A DNA stretch of 64,000 nucleotides from Octopus sinensis (taxonomy: Eukaryota), in NCBI RefSeq assembly GCF_006345805.1, contig NC_043000.1:98270001-98334000 (forward strand), written 5' to 3'. A model generated the notes under the pieces. It was not told the DNA's origin and did not search any database. It was given only the letters and a program-made list of their open reading frames with translations. Position 1 is the stretch's first letter, and every line of letters begins with the position of its first letter. The position numbers were made by a program, and so were the translations under genes. Below are positions 26,029-39,882 of the stretch, piece by piece.

Positions 26029-26762
26029 TCGTGACGTAAAATCAAGCCATACTAATACATACACGCGCACATGTTATTATATGTATATGTATGTGTGTAT
26101 GTGTGTGTCTGTGTCTGTCTGTCTAAGTTTGTGCGTGTATCTGCGTGTGTAAACACACATATGCATAAATACACACACATACGCACGTCTCATTTCTTGT
26201 ATCCTCATTACAGGAACACGGACTGCGCTGCGACGTTCGTCACCTTGTAAATCTATTCTACCATTATCTAATATATGCTTCCGTTTTTAAGGCGTAAGGA
26301 GTGATTTGAAGGATATTTGTCGGCTAATTATAGCAGTGTGACTGACCACGCAGTGCTTTTCTCATCGGCTCAACCAAAATTTTCTTTCTTGTAGCATATA
26401 GAGCGGTCGGATATATTGGTTTCAAATTTTGGCACAAGGCCAGCAGCTTTGGGGAAGGGCTAAGTCGATTAAATGAACCCCAGTGTTCAACTGGCACTAT
26501 TTTACCGACTCCGAAAGGATGAAAGGCAAAGTCGATCCCGGTGGAATTTGAACTCAGAACATAAAGACAGACGAAATACCATTAAACATTTTGCCCGGTC
26601 TGCTAAAGCTCACCGCCCAAGGACAGTGAAATACATTATGTTGTAAGCATATGCACGCATGTATACATTCATGTACACATGCATACAACTATATATGTTC
26701 ATCTGTGCATGCAGATATGTAAGTGTGTTTTTATGTGTGTTTGTGTGTGTGTGTGTGTGTGT

Positions 26763-26819
<57 letters not shown>

Positions 26820-26850
26820 TAGAAGGTTTGGAGATGATGTACAGGTATTG

Positions 26851-27128
26851 TATATTAGAATAAATAAGGTACTCAGAAATCTGGATGGTTTTATATTTAC
26901 AGATATTTATTAATATGTCACATGTTTTTATAAATCATATATTAATGCTTGCGTCCACTCCAGTGGAGTCTTCAGATTGAACTTTTTCAGATTGAAAAAA
27001 TTTCCTGAAAAAGTTCAATCTGAAGACTCCACTAGAGTGGACGCAACCGCTAATATATGATTTATAAAAACATGTGACATATTAATAAAACCATCCAGAT
27101 TTCTGAGTACCTTATTTATTCTAATATA
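26851..27128. repeat. Long palindrome (~125-140 bp arms, 14-nt loop), possible decayed hammerhead in the arms
   Basis: 26851-26990 is the reverse complement of 27005-27128 except for 4 substitutions and a 16-nt indel; arm contains CTGAAGA-c-tccact..agtgga-c-GCAA. Confidence 0.9.
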
Positions 27129-29603
27129 TATATATATATATAATATATATATATATATTATATATATATATATATATATGGATGTAAGTTTGAGTAGGTA
27201 AACATTCAAGCACATATCTTATTTAGACAATATACATTAAGTACAAACATATTTTTACAAGTATATAGTTATATGTTGGATTGTTAGTAAAACATCATTA
27301 TCAAATTTAGGTTAAAAAAATTTATAAAAGTAATCAATAAAAATAATTTGTAATACAGGAACGAGATCACATATCTTAGGAGAAGCGACTCTTATTTTAA
27401 TCGACCTGCTATTTGACTGGTACTTTATTTATCGGCCCCGGGAACAAGTAAAAGTATTTTCGATCTTAGTAGCATTGAAACTTCAAACGTTAAAGCATTT
27501 GTCTTATCTTATATTTCACTGACATCTAGAATGCATTATAAGTAGGATTTGAAGCTAAAACAAAAAGGAGGCGGGGAGATAATTACGTACCACAAACATT
27601 TTATCTGTCGCTCTACAGTTTCTGCCTTGTGTCTTCTTGTTAAAATAATAGCAATAAAAATGAGCGTTCTGTATATCTTACTTAATCAGCCTGTCGGCTC
27701 ATAATGATTCAATAATAGTTGTATAAATGATCTGGAGCTTAATTATAATTTATATAAATGATCTCGAGTTTAATAATAATTTTTTTATTTTAAAATTAGT
27801 TTGAGTCTTTTGAGCACCAATATTTATAGTTTCTGTTCATCTTTATTCTTGTCATTTTTTCTTTAAATCAAAATCCGAATTTCTTTTAATAATAAAATCC
27901 GCATTACTTTTAATGTTTTTCTGCTTATTGCTTTCGTAGGGTTGATAATTACTTAAGGAAGTAGATTTTACTTCTGTGAAAGAGAAATGAGAAAAATAGA
28001 AAACAAAACAAATAAACAAACAACAAAATCAAAACAAAGCAAAAACAACAAGAATCATTATCAAAAACTTCGTGAATTCTGTCCGTCTATAATATAACTT
28101 ACCGTTTGGCTCGCAATTTCCGCGCTCCCCTCTTTCTTCGCTATTTCTGTATATATGTATGCATGTACATATACATACATATTTCTCAAGATTATCAGCA
28201 AAGATAGAACAGAAATTTGAATCTTTATTCTGTCTACGTCTCTCTCCTTGTGTCTTTCTCTGTATCTCTCCTTCCGTCCATCCATCCGTCTGTCTGTATG
28301 CATGGTCAGAATATATGTATAGCATGTACACAAACACACATTTCTCAACAGGATCGTTAATGACATTTAGTTAACTATTGAAAATAAGAAATTTCTTATT
28401 TTCAAAAGTGTGAGCTGTATAATTTAACTAAGTGTTTTATCGACCGTGTTGAGAAATTTGAGTGTTTATTTGGGTACACAGATTCGTACATACTAAGAAA
28501 CAGACAGACAAACAGTTAATACTAGTCATATTCGTAAGATTAACAGTATTGCTTTTTGGAAGTCTACAGAGATAAGATTGTTCCTACTCGTCTGGGAAAT
28601 CGCAGAAGGCGATTCGCCGAATAATTTAATTACAGCTGCTCTGAAGAGCAATGGTTTCTCCAGATCTGTGGGACAAATAGAGCAGAAGAAGAATGAGTTC
28701 ATCCAATCTTATGCGCTCGTACGGCCACACCTGGAGATACAATTAGTGATAAAATTAGGGGCTGCGTCTGCGCAGTAGATTTTGAAAAAATTAGGACGTA
28801 TACACAAGAGGCACATAGTTGATTGCCTCATGTTTTATATATTTAATCTAAGGTGTACCTGTTGACGAAGATTTCACCTAGCGAATATTATTCATTTGCT
28901 AAACTAAAATCAGAAACTAATTGGTCCAGGAAAGTAGATGGTAAAAGTTTTTATTTTTTCATTTCGTTCCTGTCGGGATTTTATCCCTAATTTTGTGGTT
29001 ATAGAGCTTAGGTGTTCTTTCTAGCGTGTTGAATCCCACGATTGAATTCCTTATGTGTTTAAATGTACACTGTATTTTATGATTAATATATAGTCTTTGG
29101 ACTAAATTTTTACACGCCAGGCCACTCGAGGTAAAAATTTCTATTAATTTCCATTTCCCTTCGATATGATTAAGTATTGTAAGTATTGTAGTAACAACCA
29201 ACCACACAAGCAGACAGAAATCGCCATTTATCTATCAATAACATTGCAGTCTGCACTCTCCTCATACAGTTCACACGCTGTTTACATGTAGGAGCATTTT
29301 CCTAATACATATTGATAGCTGTGTTGATGTTTTCTTAAGATGTACCCTTTACCTTTCTTTAACGGCCAAGGGTAAATAACCCATTTAAAATCCCTTATTT
29401 TTCTTTTCCGCCCACTGGTCATCTGCACTGTCATAAAGGTCACACGCTGTTTACATGTAGGAACACTTTCTTAAAAAAGATCAAATCGGAGTTCTCGACC
29501 TGTGCATGCACGAAAACTGCGGCAAAAGCATTCAGCAATAGATTTACTTATTTCGGTTACTGACTTATTCATGAATATACTATGGATGACGATGCTTTTC
29601 ATG

Positions 29604-29689
29604 TCACTTCAGCCAATTGACAGGCGCTGCATGAAGAACTGTTCTGCTTTTAGGCAAATGCACTGTTCTCACAAATGTGACACCTGGGA
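29604..29689 (-). CDS. Adhesion GPCR, candidate terminal exon
   Basis: cactag|TC+PGVTFVRTVHLPKSRTVLHAAPVNWLK-TGA; phase 1 matches the previous exon; acceptor tract is weak. Confidence 0.45.
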
Positions 29690-30468
29690 CTAGTGAATGT
29701 TGTCAATATTGGTTTCAAATTCTGACCGTTTCGATTCTGCCAGCTCGCTGCCATCTATTGTTATGCAATATTAATTAATGCAAAAACGTTAATTGTAGTA
29801 TAGTATTACGTTAAACGCTTAATAATATTGATTCAAAGTTTGGCATCAGGCCAGCAATTTCGGGAGAGGGTTGAAGTCGATTACTCAACTGGCTTTGGGT
29901 AACAGAAAATGCAGGAGGATCAGTTAAGTATGATTTTGTTCAACGTATTTTCCTCTCAGATTCACATACTTATTGCAGCGGTCGTACAATTTTTCTAAGC
30001 CCTATAAAAGAACTAGGAAGAGTGGGTCTCCAACCAGGCCTTTCCCCAATTCTCTTAATGCCAAGAAATTTTCAGCACTCTTTCATATATCCATTCAAAC
30101 TATGTCTAACGTAGACAGGCACAGTTATTATGGATATAGTTATGCATGATAACCATGTCTATCATAACTATGGCCATTCTAACTGTATCTATCCTAAGTG
30201 TATTCATTCTATGTTCATCATAATGATGTCTCTCATAACTATGTCTATCCTATGCTCATCTTAAATATGTCTAACAAAAATTACCCCAACTATATCTATA
30301 CTATATGTGTCCTAAGTATGTCCATCTTAACCTTACTTTCCCATTTTCTACCAATCATATAATTACTTCAATTTGAGATTAGTATTTCCGTTTGTATTTT
30401 ATTTACTTATTTTGCTTTTATCTATTCTTAATATTAAAAGAATTAATGAAACTCTTTTCAAGACTTAC

Positions 30469-30505
30469 CATTTTTGTTAGTGTCATCTAAGGATCCTTTT
30501 GTTAT
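30469..30505 (-). CDS. Adhesion GPCR C-tail exon
   Basis: ttttcttttatatttcattcacag|ITKGSLDDTNKN+G|gtaagt; only the phase-0 frame is open. Confidence 0.7.
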
Positions 30506-31650
30506 CTGTGAATGAAATATAAAAGAAAACATTTTTTTAAACAGATCATCCCAGAATACTGTAGCGTACTGAGGAAGAAACATTTTTACGAGTAGTAGTA
30601 GTAGTAGTAGTAGTAAGAAGAGGATGTATTGTAAATTTTGATTTTAGCTTTAGGTCAGGCACATTGTTAAATGCTTATGATCATGGGTGTTCCAGCCGTG
30701 GTGACAATTTTTCCAGCTATTTACACAGAATGTTTCTCAAACACATCACGCAATGTGTCTACTGAAAATGCAAAGACTTCAGACCTCATTTAGTTGTTTA
30801 GGACATACAGCAAATATTTAATTCAAATTCACTGAGATTGAAAAATATTTATATTCTGCAATTTTGAAATCCATTTCGTTACCTGGTGTGAAACCATCAC
30901 CTGGCCCTCAGATTTCATAGAAACCAACCCTTTATTTATATTTTTTCTTTCGTTTAAGACGGTACTGTTTTTATTATTTTTCCTATATATTTCAATTAAC
31001 CTTGCGGCTTTCTTGCTTTACTAGACTTGTGAAATCTACGTGGGTAGTATTCAACTCGAACATCTTTAGGAAGTTGTTTAAGAAAAAAAATGCGTGCTGG
31101 AAAAAATTGTAGAGAGTTACAGTTCTAGGAACGAATGATTTTGTATAATACTTGGTAGAGAAGAGAAGGAATCACAATAAGTTGGTGGCAAAAGAATCGG
31201 GTGAGATAAGTAGACATAGATGGAGAGGGTGAGTAGTTGCCTAGTTCAGAGGATTAAAGGTCAATATTGTAACAGTATGAGAAGCAGAGTTATGAATCAG
31301 TACATCTGCAAGCTAGAAGCTGGATTAACTCTCTTCTCATACGTTTAGAGTAATGAATAAATTACTATGATGCTGATAATGATTATGTAGCTTCTACGTA
31401 AACCTTGATCTAGTAAACCTCTGATTAAAGGCATTCCAGGCATGACTATCCCGAATTTTCTTGTATATCTAGGATTACACATTTTAACGTGTGTTTTATT
31501 TTGAGACTAACAAATGTGATTTTATTTTTTTGGGGGGGATTCATTATTTGTTGCAGGTCAAGCTATGACAAAGAGACATCTTCACTGATGCAATGATGAT
31601 TCTAGTGATGATGATAGTGATTATGATGATAATAGGAAACATATACTTAC

Positions 31651-31731
31651 AGTTTTACCCAGAGATAAGGTACTCTGCTTTGTTGATAGTAACTGGGAAC
31701 CGAGCTTGGATTCTGTGAATGCCTTTCGTAA
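31651..31731 (-). CDS. Adhesion GPCR helix 8 / C-tail exon
   Basis: ttaacttccag|LRKAFTESKLGSQLLSTKQSTLSLGKT|gtaagt; phase 0-0. Confidence 0.8.
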
Positions 31732-31859
31732 CTGGAAGTTAAATTACAAAGTAAAGGTTAAGCTTATCTTTCACACTACCTTACCGGTTCATATGACTTT
31801 AATTTAATTATTTTGCATCCTATCGTGTGCAGTAGGTTAAATAATGAATAAAGAATATT

Positions 31860-32235
31860 TATAAGTTCGTGAAAGGAGAAACGGGCAAAGAGGGACAGTA
31901 TCCAAGAAATTTGAATGCTCTCTAGCAAAGATAATGAGCAAAACAAATTCAGAGAGCTGAAGAGATTGTGTAAGACTAAGAATTTTTCCTGTGATAATTG
32001 GGGCACTTGGCACAACATCCAAACTGCTACTTAAAAGACTTAAAGATATTGTAATTGAAACTCGTATTGTTGACCTGCAGAAAAGTACCATTGTGGATTC
32101 TACAAAATTTCTATGAAAGGTTCATGAGATTTAAGGAGATTTGTCACCAAACCTCAAGATAACATTCTTACTAATTAAAACAGCGTGTAATACCTTTGGA
32201 ATAACAATAAAAACAAAAACAACAAAAATAACAAT
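31860..32235 (+). mobile_element. R4/Dong 3' fragment in a GPCR intron
   Basis: IFPVIIGALGTTSK...IVDLQKSTIVDSTKFL, then 3' UTR and AAT/AAC-rich tail. Confidence 0.7.
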
Positions 32236-32258
32236 AATTTCGATTAATAAATTCGTAC

Positions 32259-32300
32259 CTGGTCATTGAAAATACAGTAGGCAAGGAAGATGAAAAATCC
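32259..32300 (-). CDS. Adhesion GPCR TM7 end exon
   Basis: ttattatcattacag|GFFIFLAYCIFNDQ|gtacga; completes the conserved LQG.FIF..C motif. Confidence 0.9.
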
Positions 32301-32959
32301 CTGTAATGATAATAACAACAATAATACACATGAATTATTAAATTGGACACGAAAATAATTTCAGTCTACAAAAACATGTAATATTTTATAAAACAAACTG
32401 TAGAAAATGTGATCTATGAAGACTAGATGTGTGCAGTGTTTGCGGATTTTATGAGAGCCATTAATAATATAAAGGAATAGGTATTCAAAGTTTGATACAA
32501 TTTAGGCGCAACGGAACGTCGTTGCTACTTTGCAGTGCTTTTCTATTCTATAAAATAATAGTGACACATTTATGCATGTAAAAGCTACAAAGAGATAATG
32601 GCAGTGCGTTGTTGCTGCGTTATCCTTGGCCTTTTCTATCACATCGTTTGGGTTAATCAAACTAATATAATCTTTAGAAACTGAAGCATTCATTGAATGC
32701 TTTCACGCAATAAAAGGTATTGGAAAGATAATTTTCTTAATTGCACAAATATGAAAGATTACCTGCAGAAAATGGTCTAAGAGTTTTACGATTAAAATTT
32801 ACAATTTTGTACTAAAATTGTGTGTGTACAACTTAAACTCAGTTTAATATTATTTTTTTCAAGAATCTTACAATATCTATCAGTTTAAAGAAAATGATAT
32901 ATTACATAAAAGAAATTTCAGGTGATATTTGTATATTGGTATATTGAGAGTGCGCGGGA

Positions 32960-34000
32960 GATTACACCATATAGTTTGCGGTATCCATTTTTATGTATAT
33001 GATAATATTTCTTATGGTTTTGATATGAATCTCTTCTGTACCATCCGGTGCACCTCCATGTTCTTGAAGTGCTACACCATCCGCTTTTGAAATTAGAAAA
33101 TTGTATTTATATGCTACATCAGTTTTACTTTGCTGTAGGACTTGTGTTGTTTCTGGTGTCATTTTAGTATTTCTTCTATTGTGTAGATTATGTGGTATCT
33201 TTGCTACTGTATGGACTGTGTGCAATGTATTATGTGTCTTAGTGCTGGATAGTGATAGTGCAGAGTATATTGCATGTTATATTATTGGGAGTCAACTGTG
33301 TAGCGTGTGTATTGTGAATTAATTATATAAAACCAGTGTTGTCCTGGATCACTGGGTGGTAATTATAGACTAGGTGTTGTGAGCAGATAGTGCACTGTTT
33401 GAGTTGTGCTATTGAAGTGAAAGTGTCTTGTACTGTGACAAGCAGCGTTATTTTCTGGGCTGTGTGAAAATTACCCTTGTATTGATTTTATGTTTTAGTT
33501 CATGATATTTTTCTTATATTCAGCTCTCCAATTATTGCAGTCCTGTTTTCTATTTTATGCTCCGCATCCTGTTTATTTTGATTTCAAGGGCCCTGTACTT
33601 TGATACGTTCTCCATTCGCACCCGGGTGATATGTTGGTTAAAAGGTGAAGATTTCTATCAGTCTACATACATTTTCATATTGTCCTTGATAATGATATGG
33701 GTACGGTTTTCCTTGATCTCTGTATAAGATTTATTAGCTATGACTCTGTTGACTATGGCTAGGTCCTTATCTTTTCTGATATATATATACATATAGTTTG
33801 ACTGAGTGCTCAAAACCGGATTAGTGGATAAATATTTTTAATTTGTGAGTTAACAAAGCAACCAATAGCTTTATGTGAAGAGATTTTCACAAGTTTTTAA
33901 GCGTGCCACATGGACGTGTTGGTACTCATCTCCATTTTGGATGACAATACATATATTGTAATTATTTGTGCCTAGGTATTGATCATGTTTAGGTAAAATA
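32960..34000 (-). mobile_element. Possible heavily decayed Penelope-like remnant
   Basis: Weak similarity of minus-strand peptides to PLE RT/GIY-YIG (e.g. IVIQNGDEYQHVHGG); many stops. Confidence 0.3.
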
Positions 34001-34677
34001 CAGCCTTCTGCTTTCGCTTTTAACTGAAAAGAACCTTTTGACCTTATAGTTGGCTTTTACTAAAACTTACTTCTCTGTCGCGTATTGCAGAAGTGTTGAC
34101 CAGCCACGGAGTTGTTTCTCATTCCCCGCTTTCTTTTGAATATCTTCGAATCCCAATTTTATTTTGTATTTTTCTTTAGCAATCCTCCTCCTCCTCCTCC
34201 TCCTCCTCCTCCGTCTCCATTCCCCCCCGCCTTAATAGCAGCAGCAGCATTAGTGTTAACACTTTAATTAAACAATATCGTGCAAGTTTAATCATGCAAT
34301 TTTTACTATGATGTTTGTAATTCCAAGTGAAGTAGACTTCTTGAAGAACATTTATGGCCAATCATAAGAAATATTTCCTTCTAAATACTGTTAGAATTTC
34401 ATAGCCCAAGCAAATTACGTATACTGTGGATCGAGTGTCAGACCGCGGGGTAAACGAATGGTCGCTGTTTGGCATATCATTTATGGCACTGAACTGTGAC
34501 CATGGAACAAAGCATGTATATAAATATTGCTATCTCAGTACATGTGGATCTAAACATTGAATAGGAACCACAATCAAAAGGAATTCCAACTAAAAGTTAA
34601 AAAACAAAAACAAAAACGAACAAAAACAATTTATGGTCACGGCAGCAATGTCTTTGATCAAAAATTTACGTTGGTCT

Positions 34678-34719
<42 letters not shown>

Positions 34720-34920
34720 CAACAACAACGACAACAGTCCAGTTGTAAATTAAATCCACCTAGCTTCTTACAACCAGGTTATTGTTGATGATGTTTAGCC
34801 CAAGGTTATGAGAATGAACAATCTTATGCTTAAAAGCACAACATCTGTGACTAACCCAATTTATGTCTGGGCCATAAGAAATTACCTTATACGCAAAAGC
34901 TCTTTACTGACTGTATGTCT

Positions 34921-34968
<48 letters not shown>

Positions 34969-35729
34969 TGTATTTTTATATGTGTAAAAAAGTTATAAAT
35001 TTGAAGGATCACTTAATACATTTAATTATATCTTTTGAGTTTTGGGCTCTGAAAATGTATGGAGAATTTTTAAGAGGAATCTCCATACCTGGTAGTAGTT
35101 AGGTAGCGTAACTGATCTGCTAAGAGATTTTGTAGCATGCTTTAATATCTGGAATTGATTAGATAGGCAGAAGATAAAGTTCTGTGACCAATTAAGATTG
35201 CAGTAGCTCTATCAATGATGTTTCTTTTGATTGGTGAGGGTATATGGAAGTCCCTGCTCTATGTATTTTCAGACGAAATGAGACAGACATATGAAGTTTC
35301 GCCAGTTCTTTGACCTGAAGGTAATATTGAAGGAAACGATACACACAAAGGCTAGCTGTTAGGCCGGTATAATTCTTTTCAATACTGTCGGAGTTGTTAT
35401 GGCTGCTTGGGCAATTAGATGAATTTCAACGGTAATAAATTGGTTGATGCGGTGACCGTGATACTTCCAATGTTGACAGCGTCGACAATGCATTTGTTAA
35501 CTGTTTGCAGTTCATTCTTGAAGGGGATAATTAATCTAAAAATGAATGTGAAGAGGAAGTTGGTCTTGTAACTCCGAAGAGTAACGCATATCATGTACAC
35601 AGCATTGCGATTAATGTGGGTTTCTATTTTTGAGAAACTAATCAATGATTTTGCATGCAATAGGGTTCTTGGTGTACTCACTCACTCACTTGTACACATA
35701 CACATGGCCGTATATATATATATATATAC

Positions 35730-35760
<31 letters not shown>

Positions 35761-35766
35761 CTATAT

Positions 35767-35819
<53 letters not shown>

Positions 35820-35972
35820 ATATATTATATATATATATTATATATATATAATATTATATAGTTGCACACGCACACATAGTCATATGTGTGTGTGTATATA
35901 TATATTTTGTTGGATGGTCGTTGACTGTTCAGGAGTTCCTTCGCTCTTTGACGGGTCCTATTTTTCATCCTG

Positions 35973-36028
35973 CAGGTTTGCTTGGTGAAGAGGGTGTTGT
36001 TGGACACCCTCCTCACCAAGCAAACCTG
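35973..36028 (-). ncRNA. Pre-miRNA-like 56-nt hairpin in a GPCR intron
   Basis: Minus strand caggtttgcttggtga-g-gagggtgt [ccaaca] acaccctc-t-tcaccaagcaaacctg: 25-bp stem with one G-U pair. Confidence 0.4.
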
Positions 36029-36143
36029 GTGGGGTTGCCAGTTAAGTCGCCGACGACCCAACCATGCGACAGAGTGGCCTGACAAAATATCTGTAAATAT
36101 GTATATATCTTTTCTTTATATGCATGTATATGTATATTCTTTA

Positions 36144-36185
<42 letters not shown>

Positions 36186-36189
<4 letters not shown>

Positions 36190-36324
36190 TACTGGAGAAA
36201 AGAAAAGAAACGAAACGACGCGATGGCGCTCAGTCATACAATAATGTAATAAATAAAATATATGCATGCATACATACATATATGTACGTACCTACATCTA
36301 CATGTATATATACATGCATATATA

Positions 36325-36377
<53 letters not shown>

Positions 36378-36684
36378 AATATATATATATATATATATAT
36401 AATATATAATATATATATATATTATATATATATATATAATATGAGTACAGGACACCACAATTAACCGTAGAACACAACGAGAAACGAAAACATAAAAACA
36501 ACTAGGAAACGGACTTTTTTTAACGACGAAAAAACAGAGTACAAGACAAACAAGCTGATGAAGGGGAATATTCCTTGTATTGTTTGTCTTGTACTCTGTT
36601 TTTTCGTTGTTAAAAAAAGTCCGTTGCCTAGTTGTTTTTATGTTTTAGTTTCTCGTTGTGTTCTACGTTTATTTGTGGTGTCCT

Positions 36685-36720
<36 letters not shown>

Positions 36721-36850
36721 TGTATATATACATGTAGATGTAGGTACGTACATATATGTATGTATGTATGCATATATTTTATTTATTACATTATTGTATG
36801 ACTGAGCGCCATCGCGTCGTTTCGTTTCTTTTCTTTTCTCCAGTAAGTTT
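36186..36850. repeat. ~665-bp two-tier palindrome with a half-hammerhead at the apex
   Basis: Outer arms 36186-36325 / 36712-36850 (1 mismatch), (TA)n spacers, inner arms 36444-36553 / 36580-36687 (~6 differences); apex CTGATGA-agggg-aatat-tcctt-GTA. Confidence 0.9.
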
Positions 36851-36919
36851 TTATATATTATTAAGACGCGAACTCTATAATCCTTTGCTTGACCTTTCCT
36901 TCCTTCCTTCCTTCCTATT

Positions 36920-37146
36920 TCTTTATTACCCACAAGGGGCTAAACATAGATGGGACAAACAAGGACAGACATAGGTATTAAGTCAATTCCATCGACCCCA
37001 GTGCGTAACTGGTACTTAATTTATCGACCCCGAAAGGATGAAAGGCAAAGTCGACCTTGGCGGAATTTGAACTCACAGCGTAACGACAGACGAAATACGG
37101 CTACGCATTTCGCCCGGCGTGCTAACGTTTCTGCCAGCTCGCCGCC
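36920..37146 (-). mobile_element. Full-length family A SINE
   Basis: Complete head to tail (aaggcggcgagctggcag...ccccttgtgggtaataaagaaata), flanked by ttcc-repeat TSD. Confidence 0.85.
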
Positions 37147-37561
37147 TTTCCTTCCTTCCTGTCTGTCTTCCTCCTTGCCTGTCTCTCTCCCTCTTATTTT
37201 TCACCCTTTCTGGTTTCCTTTCCGCTCTATCTCTCCCTCTCTCACTCCTCCCCATCTCTTTCACTGCCGAACTTCCTTTCACTGGCAGCTTTCTACAAGT
37301 CAACATGACTTTTTTTGCGCTCTGAATTTATCCATCGTCTAGGCTTAAAAAACAGCCCTTAATGTTGGTTTCTTTGTCCTGTTTTTATTCTTTATGTGTA
37401 CTGTATTTTTTTGTATTTGTAATTTTATTTGTAATTGTATTTTATTTGTATTGTTCTTGTCACATTTTTTTCTTTCCTTGTTTTTACCCCTCTGCAAAGG
37501 AACTTTATTTAATTCCTCTGCAGGAAGGACTAATTCGACGGGTCGTGTTCTGTATGTATAT

Positions 37562-37642
<81 letters not shown>

Positions 37643-38369
37643 ATTTATATTTAAATATTTCTTTACATTTTTCAATTGCATATCTTTTACTTTTTTATAT
37701 GTATATTTTTATTTTTATATACATATGTATTTATATTTGTTGCTTATATTTTACTTTTTATATTTATATGTATTATTTATATTTAATTCTTATTTACATC
37801 TGCAAATCACATATCGTACTTTTCTTTTTTTTTATGTATGAGCTACTTCGCGTTGGTCACTGGAGTGATATTTGATCACTTTATAGAGTGTTTGAGTGTC
37901 GGTTTGGTGTCTGGAATGGGATAGCTCTGTAACCTTGGTTAGTAATCTACCCAGGAGAAGGAAATCTCCGAAATAAAATCTGAATCCTTGGAAGTCCTTG
38001 GTTTTATCAATTTTCATGTCACACCGGTGGAAGTCTTCTAGGGCTAATAGGTGGGGGTAGTGCAGTGCAAGCTATACCTACTGAAAATTATTCATAAGCA
38101 TATCAAAAAGGTGGTATGAAAACATTACCGGATCTAGTTCTCTCGCACACTGACAGGTGGCAGCACATGACTGTGTGCGCAGCAAATTTATTTTCAACAC
38201 TAACAAGATTAGAAGTATCACGGTCACCGCATCAACCAATTTGTTACCGTTGAAATTCGTCTAATTCAATCAGTAGATCTGTTTCACTAAAGAAGTTATT
38301 CACCGAGCAGCCATGACAACTCCGACAGCATTGAAAGGAATTATACTGGCTTTCATGAGGCAGTCTACC

Positions 38370-38700
38370 GATTGACATCGCTTTGTTTATTTCGCAAGTT
38401 GCGAAATTTGTGTTTTTGCGATCACGTGTATGCTATAGTCTGCGATTTTGTCATGGAAAGCAAGTTGGAACAAAGTGCCAACATGAAATTTTGCGTTAAA
38501 TTTGGGAAGTCTGCTACAGGGACATTGAGCATGTTTCGGCAAGCTTACGGCAACGAGATCTGTGGAACAGATGCACCCTGTCACCGAGACAATGCACCCT
38601 GTCACCGAGCTCTCCTCTCCCGTCTGTTTCTCGATCAAAAGAATATGTTATCGCTTTGGCACTCGCTCTATTCGCTAGATTTAGCACCTGCAGTTATAGT
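38370..38700 (+). mobile_element. Internally deleted mariner remnant
   Basis: MKFCVKFGKSATGTLSMFRQAYGNE joined to DNAPCH...HSLYSLDLAP; 18-bp direct repeat atgcaccctgtcaccgag at the junction (38571-38588, 38592-38609). Confidence 0.8.
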
Positions 38701-39219
38701 ATTATATGATCCAGTATTCTCCGAACGTTTCTTAAATGGCCTTATCTAGATAGTCCTAGTTTTGCTATTCTGGTACTGAAGTGGTTTTACGATCGTTATT
38801 TTATAACTATTTTTTTTTCTTTTTTCCTACTTGTCTTAATATTTCTACTAATCCTCCTGACATAAATTTCTAGGGTTTCTTTAGGGTTTACTTTAAATCA
38901 GATATCAATTCTATTTTTACGGGTATGAGACATTACCCCTTATCAACAATATTTGCTTAAGTTTTTCGTATCATCTTAATGAGTTATTGTATGTTATTGT
39001 ATGTCTAACTTCGAAATATCCTATATCCTATCTTTCACTGCGATTAATATTATAATATTTAGCATCAATGGTCAATGAGTTTGTTCTAACCTAAATAAGT
39101 TGCTGTTACTATAGCTGAAATTATATTCATTTATATATTTTTCTATGTACACTGAGTTTAGTCTGAGTTCAAATATCCAATTTCGGATACCAAGATCTTG
39201 AAATGCCCATTCCTTTGCG

Positions 39220-39301
<82 letters not shown>

Positions 39302-39305
39302 ATAC

Positions 39306-39397
<92 letters not shown>

Positions 39398-39668
39398 GTA
39401 TGTATCTATAGCCATCTAAAAATCTCTAAATAAAAAAAACATGCTCTCGTATATTTGTCAGTAGAGTGGGTATATATATCAAAGTGTACAGTATCATATT
39501 TCCATTACGGCCGATTCAGAGATGGCAGTTATGGGATGAAATATAGTGACTTCTCTCTATTGTTGGAGAACAGATACATCCGGTTTGTGGTTGTTTTTTT
39601 ACACCGTGTGTACCGTTGACGATTTTTTTCCCTCTATCCTCCCTTCTCGGGATCTTTCCTTCTCCTAT

Positions 39669-39703
39669 GTTTCCGACGAAGAGCTCCGCTCGAAACGTTA
39701 AAC
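39669..39703 (+). ncRNA. Minimal type I hammerhead ribozyme (C4 variant)
   Basis: gttt CCGACGA a gagc-tcc-gctc GAAA cg TT aaac; stem III is only the palindrome AACGTT; downstream flank related to 25890-25980. Confidence 0.7.
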
Positions 39704-39814
39704 CCTCCTTCTTCCCTTCTTTCCTGAGCGTCCAATAATACTATATTTGTTCCACGTCCTCGCGTTGTGTTTTTTTGTGTTTTCTTGTTTGGATTAACTA
39801 TATATATATTATAT

Positions 39815-39882
<68 letters not shown>

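Noticed and set aside
30150-30330. Degenerate ~15-bp minisatellite (tatgtctatcctaac-like)
   Set aside because: Ordinary decayed low-complexity repeat with no further structure
31557-31757. Plus-strand exon-like segment (ttgcag acceptor) with a single in-frame TGA, suggesting selenocysteine (HLH*CNDDSS...)
   Set aside because: Its open frame is the antisense of the real minus-strand GPCR exon 31651-31731 plus a (GAT)n tract; no SECIS or selenoprotein similarity seen
35900-36085. Possible HDV-like ribozyme at a retroelement 5' end
   Set aside because: Could not build P1/P1.1/P3 pairing on either strand; kept only as a hairpin
20885-37975. Very decayed hammerhead-like strings at about 20890, 24437, 28600 and 37950
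   Set aside because: Each needs three or more core changes; indistinguishable from chance without family alignments
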